Source of the DNA: Chrysomallon squamiferum
Taxonomy: Eukaryota; Animalia; Mollusca
Assembly (NCBI GenBank): GCA_012295275.1
Contig: CM022669.1
Span: 13,702,001-13,766,000 of the forward strand
Reading direction: 5' to 3'
DNA: 64,000 bases
Below, piece by piece: positions 1 to 14,246 of the stretch; position 1 is the stretch's first letter; each line of letters starts with the position of its first letter. Position numbers and translations under genes: made by a program. The notes beneath the pieces were generated by a model, which worked only from the letters and a program-made list of their open reading frames with translations, had not been told where the DNA came from and made no database searches.

Positions 1-288
1 AGTCGTAGAATAAAAATAACAACAATAACATGAAGGATTGAAAACAAGGTTTTTAGAAAAGGCAAAACTGTCATTAAGCAAATATTTTTTTTTTTTTTTT
101 ATTTTTTTTTTTTTTTTTATTATTTTTATCTTTTTTTTATTTGTTTGTTTATTTATTTATTTATTTATTCATTCATTTTATTATCTTTTATTTTTTACTT
201 TATTTTATTTTAATTTATTGTTTTTTTATATTTTATATTTTATGTTTTTTTTTAATCATAATAGTTTGTTTTGCATCATGTTTCATAG

Positions 289-550
289 CAAGATTGGGTA
301 ACAGCAGTGGCTTTACTTTTTTGTGTACACTTTATTATTTCCTAAAATCGTGTAGAACGGTGTCTCAAACACGTGTGTGTGTTTGCTTTTCATTTTATTT
401 CTTAATGTGATAAGAGTCTGTGTTTTCTTTAAATGCAGTCCCTTTTGTGTTTTGATCTATAAAAATACGATTATGACGCTTTTTAAAAAAAAACATTCTT
501 TTTTTTTTTCTTTTTTTTAAATTTTTTATTCAGGATGTCCCAAACACTGA
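289..550 (+). pseudogene. 3' end of an integrin-beta-tail-like gene, paralog A (two exons; upstream exons lie outside the window)
   Basis: Exon 289-372 (tag|CA AGA...GTG TCT CAA ACA C|gt; RLGNSSGFTFLCTLYYFLKSCRTVSQT) and exon 534-550 (cag|GA TGT CCC AAA CAC TGA; RCPKH*) match the phase and ends of the 8504-8614 and 8791-8822 exons (VSKK|LCPN). The conserved Cys pair has degenerated, so functional status is unknown. Confidence 0.35.
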
Positions 551-1350
551 AAATGTAGGTCATTGAATGAGACATGATAAAATGAACAACACACGAACAA
601 TAACAAATGGATCTCATGATAAATAATTAAATAATTAATTGTTTAAATTAATAATTAACTGTGTTAACAAATTATAATTGTATTTAAACACTGCATAGTA
701 ATTTCTTCTTATTTTTAATCGTTTCAAAGTTTCAAACATTTTCAAAAATAAATAAAATCCTGCACAAAAGGTATTTATTTATTACTTTAACAAAATCAGT
801 AGTCATAATGGTTTGATCATCATTATCATCATCATGATAAACGGACTGTATTACTATAGTTCTTGTATTTTTTTCAATGGAAGAACCATTTGCTTTGTAA
901 ATTAACGTCATAAATGTTGTTGTTGCCAATGCTTTTTTTTTATATTTGTTATTTTTATTTATTTATTTATTTATTTATTTATTATTATTATTATTATTTT
1001 TTTTTTTTTTGTCTGTCTGTCTGTTTGAATTTGTCCCTGGTTAGTACATCATCTCTAATTCTTACAATTAAGTTATTTTTCACGTAAACTAATTACATTA
1101 AACCACCTCTTTAACATCAGTTTTCGCTTTTGCCCTTTTCTTTTTGCAGGAAACTTCGTAAAGATTATTCGTGGAATTTGCACTGTCAGTCGACAACTGG
1201 CGTAATTCAGTGAAATTAGGCGTGAACCGAATGTGAGCATACGAGTACATATCTGTGAGCGTAAATGTATGTATGTATGTATGTATGAATGTATGTATGT
1301 GTGCCACACATTTTTATATACACATGAAATAATAAATGTACACAATAAAA

Positions 1351-1394
<44 letters not shown>

Positions 1395-2333
1395 TAGTTT
1401 GTGTTACTAATGTATGTAAGGATGCATGCATGTATATTCGTATGGATTGATCATTATATGTATATTCTTTCTTTCTGGATATTTCACTTGCTCCTACGCA
1501 GGCAAACACACACACACACCAAAATATACGTAAATTTATAAATAAATACGCTAACATCTGTTTCAGTAACAAAGTCTTTAGCAAATGAACTGTCACAGTC
1601 GAAACATTTCAGTGAAGATTATTATAACAGAAAATAATATATATTTATGCTAACTATACACGCGATTAAAGAAAATTTCATTTATACGAGATATATATAT
1701 ATTTTTTTGTATTTTAGTATGTGAATGGAAAAGACAAAACGTTACAGCGAACACGTAAGAAAGAAAAATGTAATCAACATACCTTCAGCACGAGGAGAAA
1801 TGGAAAGAAGAAACAAAAAAAAAATTCCTTCTGAACTTTCGGTACTTATTTTGAAATATGTGTTTAACACTGACGTCTGTAGACTGAACTAGACAGACAC
1901 ACAAACAACTGTGTTTACACAGTTACAAAGCTGAAAAAAAAAAAAAAAAAAAAAGCTGCATAACCTTTTTGTCGGAAATCATGAAACAATTCCGTAAATT
2001 AGAGATTTCTCCGGAAGTTCAGCCTCGTGTGTTGGCCACGAAGACTTGCAGCACGTGGTCATAACAGCTACTACGGTATCCGTCGATGCGTTGGCGTGAG
2101 TTTTGCGGGGATGGTGGTGGTGGTGGGGGGTCTGGTGGGATAATGTTACCGGCTGGGGGAGTGGAGTATTTCTGGTCAACTTGAAAACTTCGCAGTCCAC
2201 TGTGTGTTGATTGTCCTGTGTATAACCAGGTTGATTGTCCTGTGTATAACCAGGTAAATAACATAAATAAAAAGAAACAAAATACTACTGTGGTCAGTTG
2301 ACACCGGCTTTTAAAATGAAAACGTATACGTTT

Positions 2334-2367
<34 letters not shown>

Positions 2368-3224
2368 GTAGCTAAACAATATATTCCGGCTGGGCGCTTT
2401 GTAGTGAAAAAAAAAAAACTAAATAAGAAATAAAAAAAAAGAACATGTCTGTGTAAATACGATCCAGGCGTCATATGTCTCTCGAATAACTTTTAATCTT
2501 TTCATGAGAAATGTTTATCGGCCGCCCTCGTGTAAAAGAATCTGATCTTCCAAAACGCAGAGTGTCACGTATGTATTTTTTGTACACACACACACACGTT
2601 AACGTGTTCAGTTCATCAATGGGGAAAAAAGAACCCGGAGTGAATGAATAGATGAGGCAATGGCCTGATGGGTAATTATGATTTGTGTGTGGGTAGGGCG
2701 GTATTTATTTCTTTCTTTTTGATGTGTATATTATAGCTGTTTATTTTTGCATATGTGTATCTTGTCTGTTTATGAGGATATGTGCGGTTCCCAAATGAGC
2801 ATTACAAAGTAATACCATTTTTAAGTGTGAATCTAAAACCGAGATGAAAACGGATAATCATAAACCTATCCAATAAAATCATGAGACTAGGTATATAAAC
2901 TTTTTTTTTTACACAGGCATTGAGGTCAAAGTTAGTGAGGTATTTCTGTTACTAAGCTAGTGGAACAAGTTGGATATTTCTTTAAACACATTCTTCGGAC
3001 ACTATTTTGAATTTTTTATTTCTTTTTTTTTCAGAGAAGTAAATTAGAAGCGAAGATAAACATTTTCTGTTATTTTTTCATCAGTTTAACAAATTCCACT
3101 AGGTATTGGTTTTCTTTTCTTTCCGTGCGTTCGTTTATTTGAAAGTTGTTGTCTGTTATTTCAGTTTTAGCAAGCAGCTCTGATATTTTTCTTGTTGCTG
3201 ATTGTCTTTATCTGTGAGGGAGGG

Positions 3225-3349
<125 letters not shown>

Positions 3350-4235
3350 AAATTCATTATTCGTAAAAGTCGGAATTCCCTTTTTGAAGAAAACACATCA
3401 ATTATTTATAAAAAAAACCACCATTAAATAAGAATGAAGACGCTAAAACCCTAAACAAATATTTTTTCTTTTCCTAAAAAATTTCCGGGATGCTAAGAGA
3501 ATGAAAAATGTGTTCGTCAGATAACACAGGCAAATAAATAAAAGCAGATCTTCAGAAAAATGTTTATTTTCAGTTTCTAAGTTCGTATATTCTCACTTGG
3601 ATTTCGATAACAGCGCCAGTAATAATAATCCGTTGAAATAATTCCATTAATAACAAATATACTGAATATGCAGCGTTAAATTATGTGCAATAAATTTCAG
3701 TATTTTAGCAATTATATAACAGGTATTACTCCTGTAAATTAAAGTTGTTTTTGTTGATAAATGCGTACACAAATGACAGAGTTGCTAAACACCTCCTTGA
3801 TGGTCCCATCGGTTTATTTCCTATTCCAAATAATACTCCAATTCTGGATAATCAACATGATTTTTTTTTTTTTTTTTTAATTTATTTATGACCTTACCTT
3901 TTCCGGACGTGTAATCTTTTGCTTAGGAAAATAAAATAAGCTTCAAAGGATGCACTGAAGACGACATTTTATATTTAAAAATTTTTTTTATAATGACGTC
4001 ATTACGTAGATGAAAATGATGTAAAACAATCAACAATAAACTGAGAGAAGAAAGTTGGTTGGAAACGTACCGAGGTACTTCAGAACGTGTTAAAACAGTT
4101 ATCTCCAGCTTAGGAAAACAACAGGACTATTTATTCGTAAATTAAAACCTTCACCTAACAGTTTTACAGCCTTACGTAAGAAACAAAGAAGCAAAAGTTA
4201 TATATATATATAAAAAAGTACCAAAAAAAAATATA

Positions 4236-4270
<35 letters not shown>

Positions 4271-5465
4271 CAGAAAGAAAGAAACAACGAAAAACAAAGA
4301 AAAACCTAAGTTAGTAGTTCAGTTTTCCATAACCGACTTAAATGTACTTAATTTTTAATTATCCTTATTTTGTTTTACATTCAGTAATTATATAATCTTT
4401 TTACCACTGGCTGATCCCACTTGAAGACGCACTGATAAAATCGTTACTGTATTACAGATAATCATACAGCAGCATAGCCGTAGTTCAAGTGAAGAGATAA
4501 AACTGTTCACTGCCAGTATTAGCAGTTAACTTTAAATCAAGAGAAAAACATTAAGAATTAAATCACCAAAAAGACGAAGTGTGTTCTGAATTTGGTAATC
4601 TTAATGTGAGTAATATTTAATATCTAAAGAATGAAGAAAATGTTATCCATAGAAATAAAATATTTGATCCATTCATGATAATCTATCGAATACGTTCAGT
4701 ATCGGTTTTTTTTTTTTAATTTTATTTATTTATTTAATTATCTATGTATTAATTAATTAATTAATTTATTTATTAATTTATTTATATAATTATTTATTGA
4801 TTTATTTTATTTTTATTATTATTTTTTTTTTTAGAGTTAAGCAGATAAATATCTGGGCGATAAATAATGATGTTGTCAAGTAATAATAATAATAATAATA
4901 ATAACAACAACTACAACAACAACAACAACAGCAGCAGCAACAACAACAATAATAATAATAATAAAAACACATGCATATCACCGAATGGTATCGGAATTCG
5001 TTGCATATTAATCCAACAAGAGTTAAGTCCCCTTAGATATTAAAAATCTGTTGTCTGTCAGTATATGAGAAACAACTGAAATCAATTTAAAACTTTATTG
5101 TTATAATCTTAAAAGTTAATACGTAGTTCCAAAAATTATTTTTAGTTGTAACACAAAAGCGCCAATGCCTAAATTAATTAATTTGCAGTTCATTCACAAA
5201 CATATTTTAGACTGCCATTTTATTTCATTTATTTACTTTAACATACGTGTAAATAACGCAAATAATTAAATGTGAATATAATGGACGAGTTGATGGATTG
5301 ATGGATAAATGACTGACTTATATATATATATATATCATACTATTCTATTTTATTGAGATTGAAATAAAAATTAATAAATTTTAAATTTATATATTAAAAA
5401 CAATAACAACATAATCATCAAGTCGTACACGCGAAAGAAGAATGTTTTGAAACAATATCTGGGAG

Positions 5466-6322
5466 TTACGATCCAGCGACATTGTCCACGACGAAGGCCA
5501 TGTCGGTTGCTACGTAGTGCAACGCAGCGACAATTTCCAGAAAGAACGACCACCCGCAGTCTACTCGTACTACTTGTTCGTCTTTTACCGCACTCCAGTG
5601 AAAATAAGAATGGCTGAAAAAAACAAAAAATACAGGAAAATAGATAGATAAAGAAAGAAAGTATCCTGCTAAATAAAACGAAAAACGAATACACGGGTGA
5701 ATGAATGTATGTTGGGATGGAAGGGTGGATGGATGGATGGATGGATAAATGAACTGACTTTTTTCTGTCTCAGAGTTTTAGCTCCCGTCATTAATATATA
5801 TATATATAACAGATAATGTAATTTATCTCCAGTACGCCACTTGATATGTAGATCTAGGGTCTGAAAGCTAACTGCTAACAAACTTTATTACACTGTTCTA
5901 TACCTGCAACAAAAGCGAGAACCAGGCAAACATTCTTGACGGTCTTGGCGGCCAGTGATTCCACGAACAGGAAACAAACTGTGAAAATGAGGCAGGCCAC
6001 TCCCCCCAGCAAAGCGATGATTTCCATGGCAGTAATAACTTTCAGATTGTCCGTTTCTGAACGATAGTATATAAAATTTAAAAAATGAGAATTTTAAGTA
6101 ATGACATAAAGGCCAATAAATAACAGTTTAAAATATATATATATTTAATTTGTTTTGTTTTGTTTATTTTAGTCTTGTAAGAAGTATAATTTCTTTTACA
6201 AATATATATTAACATAAAACGATTTTATAAAAAGGCTTAAATACGTAGAAGACAAGAATTATTTCAAAACAGGGTTATATTTTCTAATAACTTTCAGATT
6301 AGCATTCTGAAAACAATCTTAG

Positions 6323-6419
<97 letters not shown>

Positions 6420-6642
6420 AATTATTGCTGTTGTATTCATGTAAAAGTACTCAAAACTTACTTTTCGCTTCTGGAAAGCGGTAACAAGTTCCCGAACTGC
6501 ATAATTCAAAGAGACCGGTAGAGACGTCACTCTGGTCAATCCAGTGATGTGATGGAAAACTGATTAAGTGAAAGAATAGTGCGGCAATGCAAAGTCCAAA
6601 CGCGACCTTAACAAGCATGGAGGAGGAAGTTGCAAAACTCAT
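5466..6642 (-). pseudogene. Claudin/PMP22/EMP-like four-TM gene, copy 1 (frameshift in exon 3)
   Basis: Exons 6642-6462, 6056-5904 and 5613-5466 with GT-AG, phase 1/1 introns. MSFATSSSMLVKVAFGLCIAALFFHLISFPSHHWIDQSDVSTGLFELCSSGTC carries the W-GLF-C-C claudin-superfamily motif. Exon 3 lacks ~10 nt relative to paralogs (GGA GTG CGG TAA), giving a stop within TM3; the GWSFFLEIVAALHYVAT...DNVAGS* tail is in another frame. Confidence 0.8.
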
Positions 6643-7058
6643 TGTGCTATCGAAATTACTGTAGTATTACTTCTGGAACAAAAGAATATAATGATTTAAT
6701 TTATGTTTCTTAATTTATGCCAAGATTTCTGGTGAAACACTAACTGTTTTCTTTCCTTCATTTCTGAATTTACGAATTTCTTTCTAAATCGGGTATTTTT
6801 CAGTTATCGATTAAAGCCTATACAAATAAATTAATAAATAGAAACAACAATTACGTATGTCATAATGACTTCCAATAATTAATTCAATATTTATTGATTT
6901 ATTGATATTAAATCGATTTCGATTTTTAGTTAATTATTGAAAAAATGAAATATTTATCGTATTTCTGAAAATGATGAAGAAAAGGTTAAATATGATATGA
7001 AATGTCTAAAAAAATAAAAATAAAATAAAAAACAAATATATATATATGTATATGTGTG

Positions 7059-7110
<52 letters not shown>

Positions 7111-7747
7111 AAAAAAGCGAATAAAAGAAGAAATATTTTGGTTATACGTACAGCTGAACATTACATTTTGGCGTTGTTTATTACACGGATTAAATAGAGG
7201 CTTACTATTATTTTTGTTATAATAGTTTTTGTAGTTGTCGTTGTTATTGCTGTTGTTGTTGGTAGTGGTGGTGGTCATACCGTATTCTTTCTCGTTATGA
7301 ACGTATCATTTAATCACCATATTTTTATAACATATAAATTCTCCGCTTTAGTAAATAACTAAAACCAAACAAATAATCATTATTTCTGGGTGACTAAGTA
7401 ATTATTATTAACGGTACGACAACATCTGAAAACCTTAAGAAAACTGTTCTTGCATTCTTAATCAGACGTACCCCACATACCATAGTTCCAAAATCACCAG
7501 CGTTTGTAACTTTTACTCTCTTAATTTCAGGAAGTATCTGTCTCTATCTGTCTCTCTTTCGCTCTACTCCGACGCAGTCTGTCTTTCTCTTTGTCTCTCT
7601 TACACTTACTTTCTGGATGTCTATCTGTCAGTGTATTATTGCCTGTCTATATATGCATCTGATCCTCTGTCTGCATTTCTCTGACTATTTTTGACTGTGT
7701 ACATTATCTGTATGTCTGTCTGTCTAACTGTACGTAATTTGTTGAAG

Positions 7748-8735
7748 GTGCTGAACGTGTGTAGATGTAATGGAGGAAACAGAACGTGCGGTGTCTGTTC
7801 GTGTAATCCTGATAAAAACTGTGGATGTGGAGAGAACGGCACGTTAGACATCGAACCGTGCATAGCACCGTAAGTAGAACACTGATAATACTACTGAGGA
7901 CTATGACGATGACGATGACGATGACGATGATGACGATGATGATGTTGATGATGATGAAAATAATATCTATAATGATAATGGTGATATCTATAGGCAGCGT
8001 AGTAGAATAAAAATATTGATGATGCTAGTCAAGATATAGCTTTATTATTATTGTTGTTATTAATATGAGTAGAAGTAGTATTATTAGTAAAAGTAGTAGT
8101 AGTTGTAGTAGTAGTGGTGGTAGTAATAATAGTTATAGTATTAGTAGTAGTAGTAGTGATAGTACAACGACGATTACAAATTATATAAATTGTTATTTTT
8201 CTTATTTAATTAAAAAATATATAAAATAATAAATAAATAAAAGTTGATGATAATGACGATGATGGTAATAAGAATAATAATAACGGTTGTAATAGCAATA
8301 GTAATAATAATAATAAAAAAAAAAAAAAAAAAAAAAAACAAGTAAATAATTCTTCATTAGATTACATAAAAAATTGCCTATCGCATTTGCTTCTATGTTT
8401 TTATGTGTGTTGTACATATATATTAATAAAATAGTTTATTTTTGTATTAACTCATTTCCGTTTTCTGGATTCTCTCGTGAACTTAACTAATATTTATTTG
8501 CAGATAAAACAGAAAAAATGCCTTGTGTTGGAAGCGACAGAGATGGTTGTGTTTATGAATTTACTTACTTCTATCAGGCCAACAGAACTTTAACATTTAT
8601 AGTGTCTAAAAAACGTAAAAGCATATTAAAAATACTTAACTATAGGAAATTATTAAGTTTTAAATAATTTATCTTGATATTAAAATGGATAATATTATTA
8701 TTATTGTTATTGTTATTGTTATTATTCAGATGGAA

Positions 8736-8770
<35 letters not shown>

Positions 8771-8822
8771 CATTCTGTTTTATTTTTCAGTGTGTCCAAA
8801 TGAAATAACCAATGCAACATGA
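7748..8822 (+). pseudogene. Integrin-beta-like fragment, paralog B (I-EGF-like exon, beta-tail exon, terminal exon; no TM)
   Basis: Exon 7748-7869 VLNVCRCNGGNRTCGVCSCNPDKNCGCGENGTLDIEPCIAP resembles integrin-beta I-EGF1/2 (C..GnG..CG.C.C...CeC...C). Exon 8504-8614 KTEKMPCVGSDRDGCVYEFTYFYQANRTLTFIVSKK resembles the beta-tail (C...D.dgC...F.y...i.V). Exon 8791-8822 is LCPNEITNAT*. The first exon ends in phase 2 and the second starts in phase 1, so intervening exons appear to be missing. Confidence 0.6.
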
Positions 8823-9763
8823 CAGAAATATTTCCCTTATAAAGAACAGTTAAAGAAATTACTGAGTTTCTTCTATACTCGAACTGTTCATCGTTATTAA
8901 AATAAATTACAAAATGCGGCTGAATATGTCGATTCTCTTTGAAATATTTTTCACGAACCGGAATGAGAGCGTAAATACTGTTCGATGTATGTGAGTTACT
9001 ATAACTTCAGAAGGAATATAACTTCTAAAAATACTACAACAAAAGAGTGATACGAGAAAATAAATAATTCTAAACGAGTTATGGGCCCTGGAAATGAAAA
9101 GGAAACGTTTGAAGTCGCAAGACGATGACCCTGTATTTACATTTAAGTGCTACATACACACTGTGTCTGGTTTACACAACACTATATTGACATTTCGCGC
9201 ATGCGTGTTCTTTACAGTACTTTTTTTTATATTACATAAAGTCGACGGTCATGTTACGTAATTACAGTCAATGGTCATCTTGAATCCATAAACAAAACAT
9301 AAACATAAACTCATGGTAATTATTATGAAATAATGCAAAATGTCATGTACCTGCTGTCTTATAAAATTGGATACACCATACTTTATTTGATTTTAATGGT
9401 CAGGGTTCATAATATGTTATGCAAATGATCACGGTTCACTCCGTAACACACTATCACACGCGGCAGACAGAATCACATGAATAGACTGCTATAAAGACGT
9501 ATATTAAATGAGATATCGAAAGTTGACCCATATCACTGAGTACACCCTGAACGGATTGGGTACGCTGTGTATCAGATCTGTAGACTGACAAGGTACGTTC
9601 TGTATCACATAAATGATCACTGATTATTTTATGCCTTATAAATGATATACGTCTTCTCAGTTAAGATAACTATACTGCAACAAACAACATGGTGGATCTT
9701 AGACAATTATTATTTAAGCATAAATGCGATGTATATAATATATAATACATAAAAGGTTTTGCT

Positions 9764-9829
<66 letters not shown>

Positions 9830-11609
9830 TAAAATAAATATATTTCTGTTAATCATGTTCTCTTTTTTCTTCTTTTCTCTCTCTTTCATTCAAATTATCG
9901 TTTCTTCTTTCCCTCTTTCTCTTTCTGTGTTTTTCTCTCTCTCTTTCATTCAAGTTGAGTTTTCTTCTTTCTCTCCTTCTTAATGAATTTGCCTTTTCAT
10001 TTTCTTCTTCCTTCTCTCTCCCTTCAAAAAAGCTGTCGTTTCTTCACGCATTCTCTTTGTGTATGTCTGTCTGTTTACATGTTATTCAGTCTATATATAT
10101 TTTTGTTGTTGTTGTTGTTGTTACGATCATTCTCACCAGTCTTCTGTGACAGTCTTGAAAACAATTTGAGCTTCTATAATGTATTACAAACAAAAGGCAT
10201 ACTAATAAAATTATGTGATTTTTGTTGAATTATTTACATCTGTAATGATTTGTCTTACTTCTTAGTATTCAACAGTATCCAATAAAGATATGTAATAACT
10301 TTAGTTATTGATGCCTTTCGTCAAAGAAAAATAATCAATTCCATAACCATTTTGTGACTTTTGTACGAAAATATCCTTTGAACTTTGTCATCCATTTGAA
10401 AATTGGGTGTAATTTGATTGTACACACCTGCTTGACGATATAATTTGAATACACGAGAATGTATGTTTGTAATAACGCTGTACAAACAGACTCCATTATA
10501 AAACTAATGATCTGAAACGCGTTTTATGAAGAATTAATTCATGTAGTGATATGTCAAAAACATTTTGTTCTTAATGTCTGTGGTATTAAAATGTTGAGAA
10601 TTGTCCCGGGAAAACTTTCTTTCTTCGTTTTTTTTTCTAATCTGACGAAAAAGCTTTTATGAAAACATATTCAATTATTCACCCAAACATACTGAAATGT
10701 AGGCCACAAACAAACTAATGTTAAAACTCGTACTGATTAAAAGTTGAAACACAGTAATCACAATAGTATTTAAGAGTATTTGTTGTTATGAGGGAGGGTA
10801 AAAACGAAACCATGTGCAATTTCCGACGCGTAAGAAGGTACGTGCATGAACCAGAATTATTCTTAAAAAGAATATATAATAATAATTCGCACGCTTTCAT
10901 CAATACAAAAAGAGTGCATTGGAAAGAGAAAATGTTGCTCTTTGTTTTAGTATACACTGGATGCTCCTTAAACAAAATATTTTTCTGGTTCGAAAACGCT
11001 GACTAACACCCAGGTAATGACGTGCTCATGTCAGAGGAACAAATCTTGTCGTAACATCCGCGTTGTTCTGAACCACATCACCTGTTCTCTATTATCGTTA
11101 TCTTAAAATCTCATTAACACTGACCACAACATCATCATCATCATCAAGGAGAAAAGCAACAATTTGAAATATTAAACAAATTTTTTTTTAAATGAATACC
11201 GATGATTTAATATTTCAGGTGTACTCGCAGTTAGTGATGCCATTATACTCGGATTGTGTTTTTTGTTTTATTTTTTTATTATTATTATTTTTACCTGAAT
11301 TAGTTTTTATCCTTTTTCTTGGGACTAATCGATGATTTATTGAAAACACTCGCTACAATTCTGTTAACGGTCGATTTAAAAAAAAATATTCGTAAATTAT
11401 TTTATTTACAATACCTAGAGAGAAACAGACTGAAATGTCAGTAATTCTAATGGGTTTTTAAAACTTTATTTTTTATTTACCACTTATTTATTACTTACTT
11501 CCTTACTAATTTGATCGAGTCATTTCATATGTGTCCTGAGCATATTATTTTGCATAATAATAATAATCATAATATCAATTATACTCTCTTCGTTTATAAC
11601 AAAGAATCC

Positions 11610-11703
11610 CCCATACTCCATTGGTTGCTCATGTTTAGGTTGGTTTCCTTTCACAACGAAAACACAAACACGCATTACGCAATTCTGTTGGCACAAGGTA
11701 AGT
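11610..11703 (+). promoter_or_regulatory. Putative CCAAT-box promoter / non-coding first exon module of the plus-strand claudin-like genes (copies at ~14285, ~14483, ~23608)
   Basis: Repeated module ccATTGGttgctc...gcacaag|gtaagt with an inverted CCAAT and a consensus donor. It lies upstream of the acceptor (tt[t/c]cag|aagtaatact) that precedes each claudin-like ATG. The ~14285 copy has a degraded donor (gttaat). Confidence 0.35.
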
Positions 11704-12563
11704 TGTCATTTTTACAGTTTATTAGAGTTTATTTTTAATACAGAATTTAACACATAATGAAAGTAATGTTGTTGTTAATTCTGAAGATATCTCTAATATC
11801 TCTAATAATGACTAACCATCTTTGATTATACTGTAGTATTTTAAAATTATTCTTAGTAACAAACTAAGTTGTGCAAACAGTATTAAATTATACGAGATCA
11901 GAAATCTGTAAATTAATAGTGTTATTTGTATGTGTGTGTATCTATGTATATGTGTGTCTTTCTGGATATATATATATACATATACATACATACATATATA
12001 TACATATACTATGTATATATATGTGTGTGTGTGTATATGTATGTATGTATGTATGTATGTAGCTATGTATGCGTAGGAAGAAGAAGATAATAAACTGAAC
12101 ACACATACAATTAAAAAACAAAACAAACAACGACAAATATAATTTTTAAAAAAATTTTTTTTTTTTTTTTTTTAAATTTGAACTATTATCCGGGATTATT
12201 TGGTGACTTTCAGCACGTGCAAATGTACCAGGTAAACACATTAATCACAATAATATTAATGTTTTTTTTTTTTTTTTTTTTCTTCTTTTTTTGAGGGAGG
12301 TTAGAAAGGAAACCATGTATATTTTCTGACGTGTAGTAAGGCACCTAACACTCTGTATGTGTATGAAGCAGAATGATTCTTAAAAAAAAAGAAATAATAA
12401 TAATAGTTTGTATGCTTTCGTCAATACGAAATATTGCACTGAAAAGAGGAATTGTTGCTGGTTATTTTTGTATGCATTGCATGCTCCTTTGAACAAAAGC
12501 TTTTCTGGGCTGACACAGGCTTTGCGGGCACCTTAGCAGTGTAAACGACGTTAAAATTATTAT

Positions 12564-12827
12564 CATGGCCGTTACTAGCCTCTTTTTGAAATGAGATAAA
12601 AACACTTAATCGCCGAGCAGAGCGGGTCAAGAACAATTTGGGGGAGGGGTCTAAGGTAGACTTCGAACGGTAACCGTAAACATAAAGGAATTCATTCAGT
12701 CCATATCATTTCTATCGGAATGGAGATTTATATTTAAAAAAAATAATACTAAAATAAAAAAATCCAGAAAATTAATCAGTTTCGGTATGAGGCATTTGCC
12801 TCACTTGCCTCAATGTAGAGTTACGAC

Positions 12828-12875
<48 letters not shown>

Positions 12876-12881
12876 GGGCTG
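12564..12881. mobile_element. MITE-like element with imperfect TIRs (catggccgttacta ... ttacgggctg), multiplied with the duplications (~24673-25147, ~34803-35102, ~45091-45448; partial copies ~13000-13265, ~34000-34250)
   Basis: Terminal inverted similarity, an internal TGAGGCAttTGCCTCA palindrome and a (TAA)n expansion inside one terminus. No clear TSD. Confidence 0.4.
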
Positions 12882-13191
12882 AAAGTATTAAATCCGGCTA
12901 CTTTGGGACCTGGTGCAATTTCAGTTCTTTCCAGTTTGCGTACATTCGCCAGTGTGCATGTGTGAACATATTACTAGAGAATGAGTCAATTTTTGGCGAG
13001 GGTCTGAAGTCCGCCTAACGTAGATTTTAAACGGCAACTACAGACATAAACGAATTCATTCAGTCCATATCATTTCTATCGGAATGGAGATTTACATTAA
13101 AAAAAAATAATAATAAAATAAAAAATCAAGAAAAAATCATCAATTTCGTTATGAGGCATTTGCCTCACTTGCCTCAATGTAGTTACGACCA

Positions 13192-13258
<67 letters not shown>

Positions 13259-14204
13259 GGGCTGAAAGTATTAAATCCGGCTACTTTGGGACCGTACGTG
13301 CGCCAGTGTTCATGTGTGAACATATTACTATAGAATGAGTCAATTTTTTTGTTGTAGAATATTTCTAATAATTTTAATAAGAGTTGCTAACATTATGGTT
13401 AAATACCGTGACAACTCCATTCGAAGTCATTAATTATATGTTGTTGACTCGTTAATTAAATGTAGGAAATAAATTAATTTTGAGTTAACGCACATTATTT
13501 GAAAAAATGGAATTTCATATTCAAGATCATAAAGAAGGGTATAAACGTGGATGATTAGCTCTGGAAAGAGGGAAAAAGAAAAAAAATACAAACGATCTCA
13601 TGATATGGAAGAAAAAACGAGCAGGAAACACAGTGGGGGAATAAAAGATAAAAATGCTGACTAACACCCAGAGGGACTCATCTTGTCGGGACATGTGCGT
13701 TTTTCTCTGTTATTGTGATCTTAGAATTTTACTAAGAATAACCACAACATCAACCTCATCATCATCATCAAGAACAACTGCAACAGTTTAAAATATTAAA
13801 AATGTATTTTTTTAAAATCAATACAGATGATTTAATATTTCAGGTGTATTCGCTGTTAGTGATGTCATTATACTCGGATTGTGTTTTCTGTTTGACTTTT
13901 TTTATTTTATTATTATTTTTACCTAAATTAGTCTTGGTCGTTTTTCTTGGGACTAATCGATGATTTATTGAAAACACTCGCTGCAATGTTTTTAATGATC
14001 GATTTAAAAAAAAAAAAGTCGTAAAATTATTTTATTTACAATACCTAGAGACAAACAGACTGAAATGTCAGTAATTCTAATGGGTTTTTTAAATTTTATT
14101 TTTTATTTACCACTTATTTATTACTTACTTTCTTACTAATTTGATTGTGTCATAACATATGTGTCCTCATCTTATTATTTTGAATAATACTACTACTAAT
14201 AATA

Positions 14205-14246
<42 letters not shown>

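Larger units (their letters stand above)
9290..13870. repeat. Segmental duplication (upstream non-coding block), direct copy of ~20675-25780; scrambled inverted parts at ~33200-35860 and ~44400-46140
   Basis: Long near-identical stretches, e.g. aaacataaac(t/a)catggtaattattatgaaataatgca (9301/20679), gaacggattgggtacgctgtgtatcag (9549/20897) and gggtgtaatttgattgtacac (10405/21943). Boundaries are approximate. Confidence 0.85.

Noticed and set aside
7890-7960. Asp-rich (biomineralisation-like) coding stretch
   Set aside because: It is a (GAT/GAC)n microsatellite just after a splice donor, with no supporting exon boundaries.
9480-9600. TATA-like site and donor (gctataaag...gacaag|gtacgt) as a first exon
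   Set aside because: The motifs are too common, the donor is changed to GC in the duplicate (~20941), and there is no further support.
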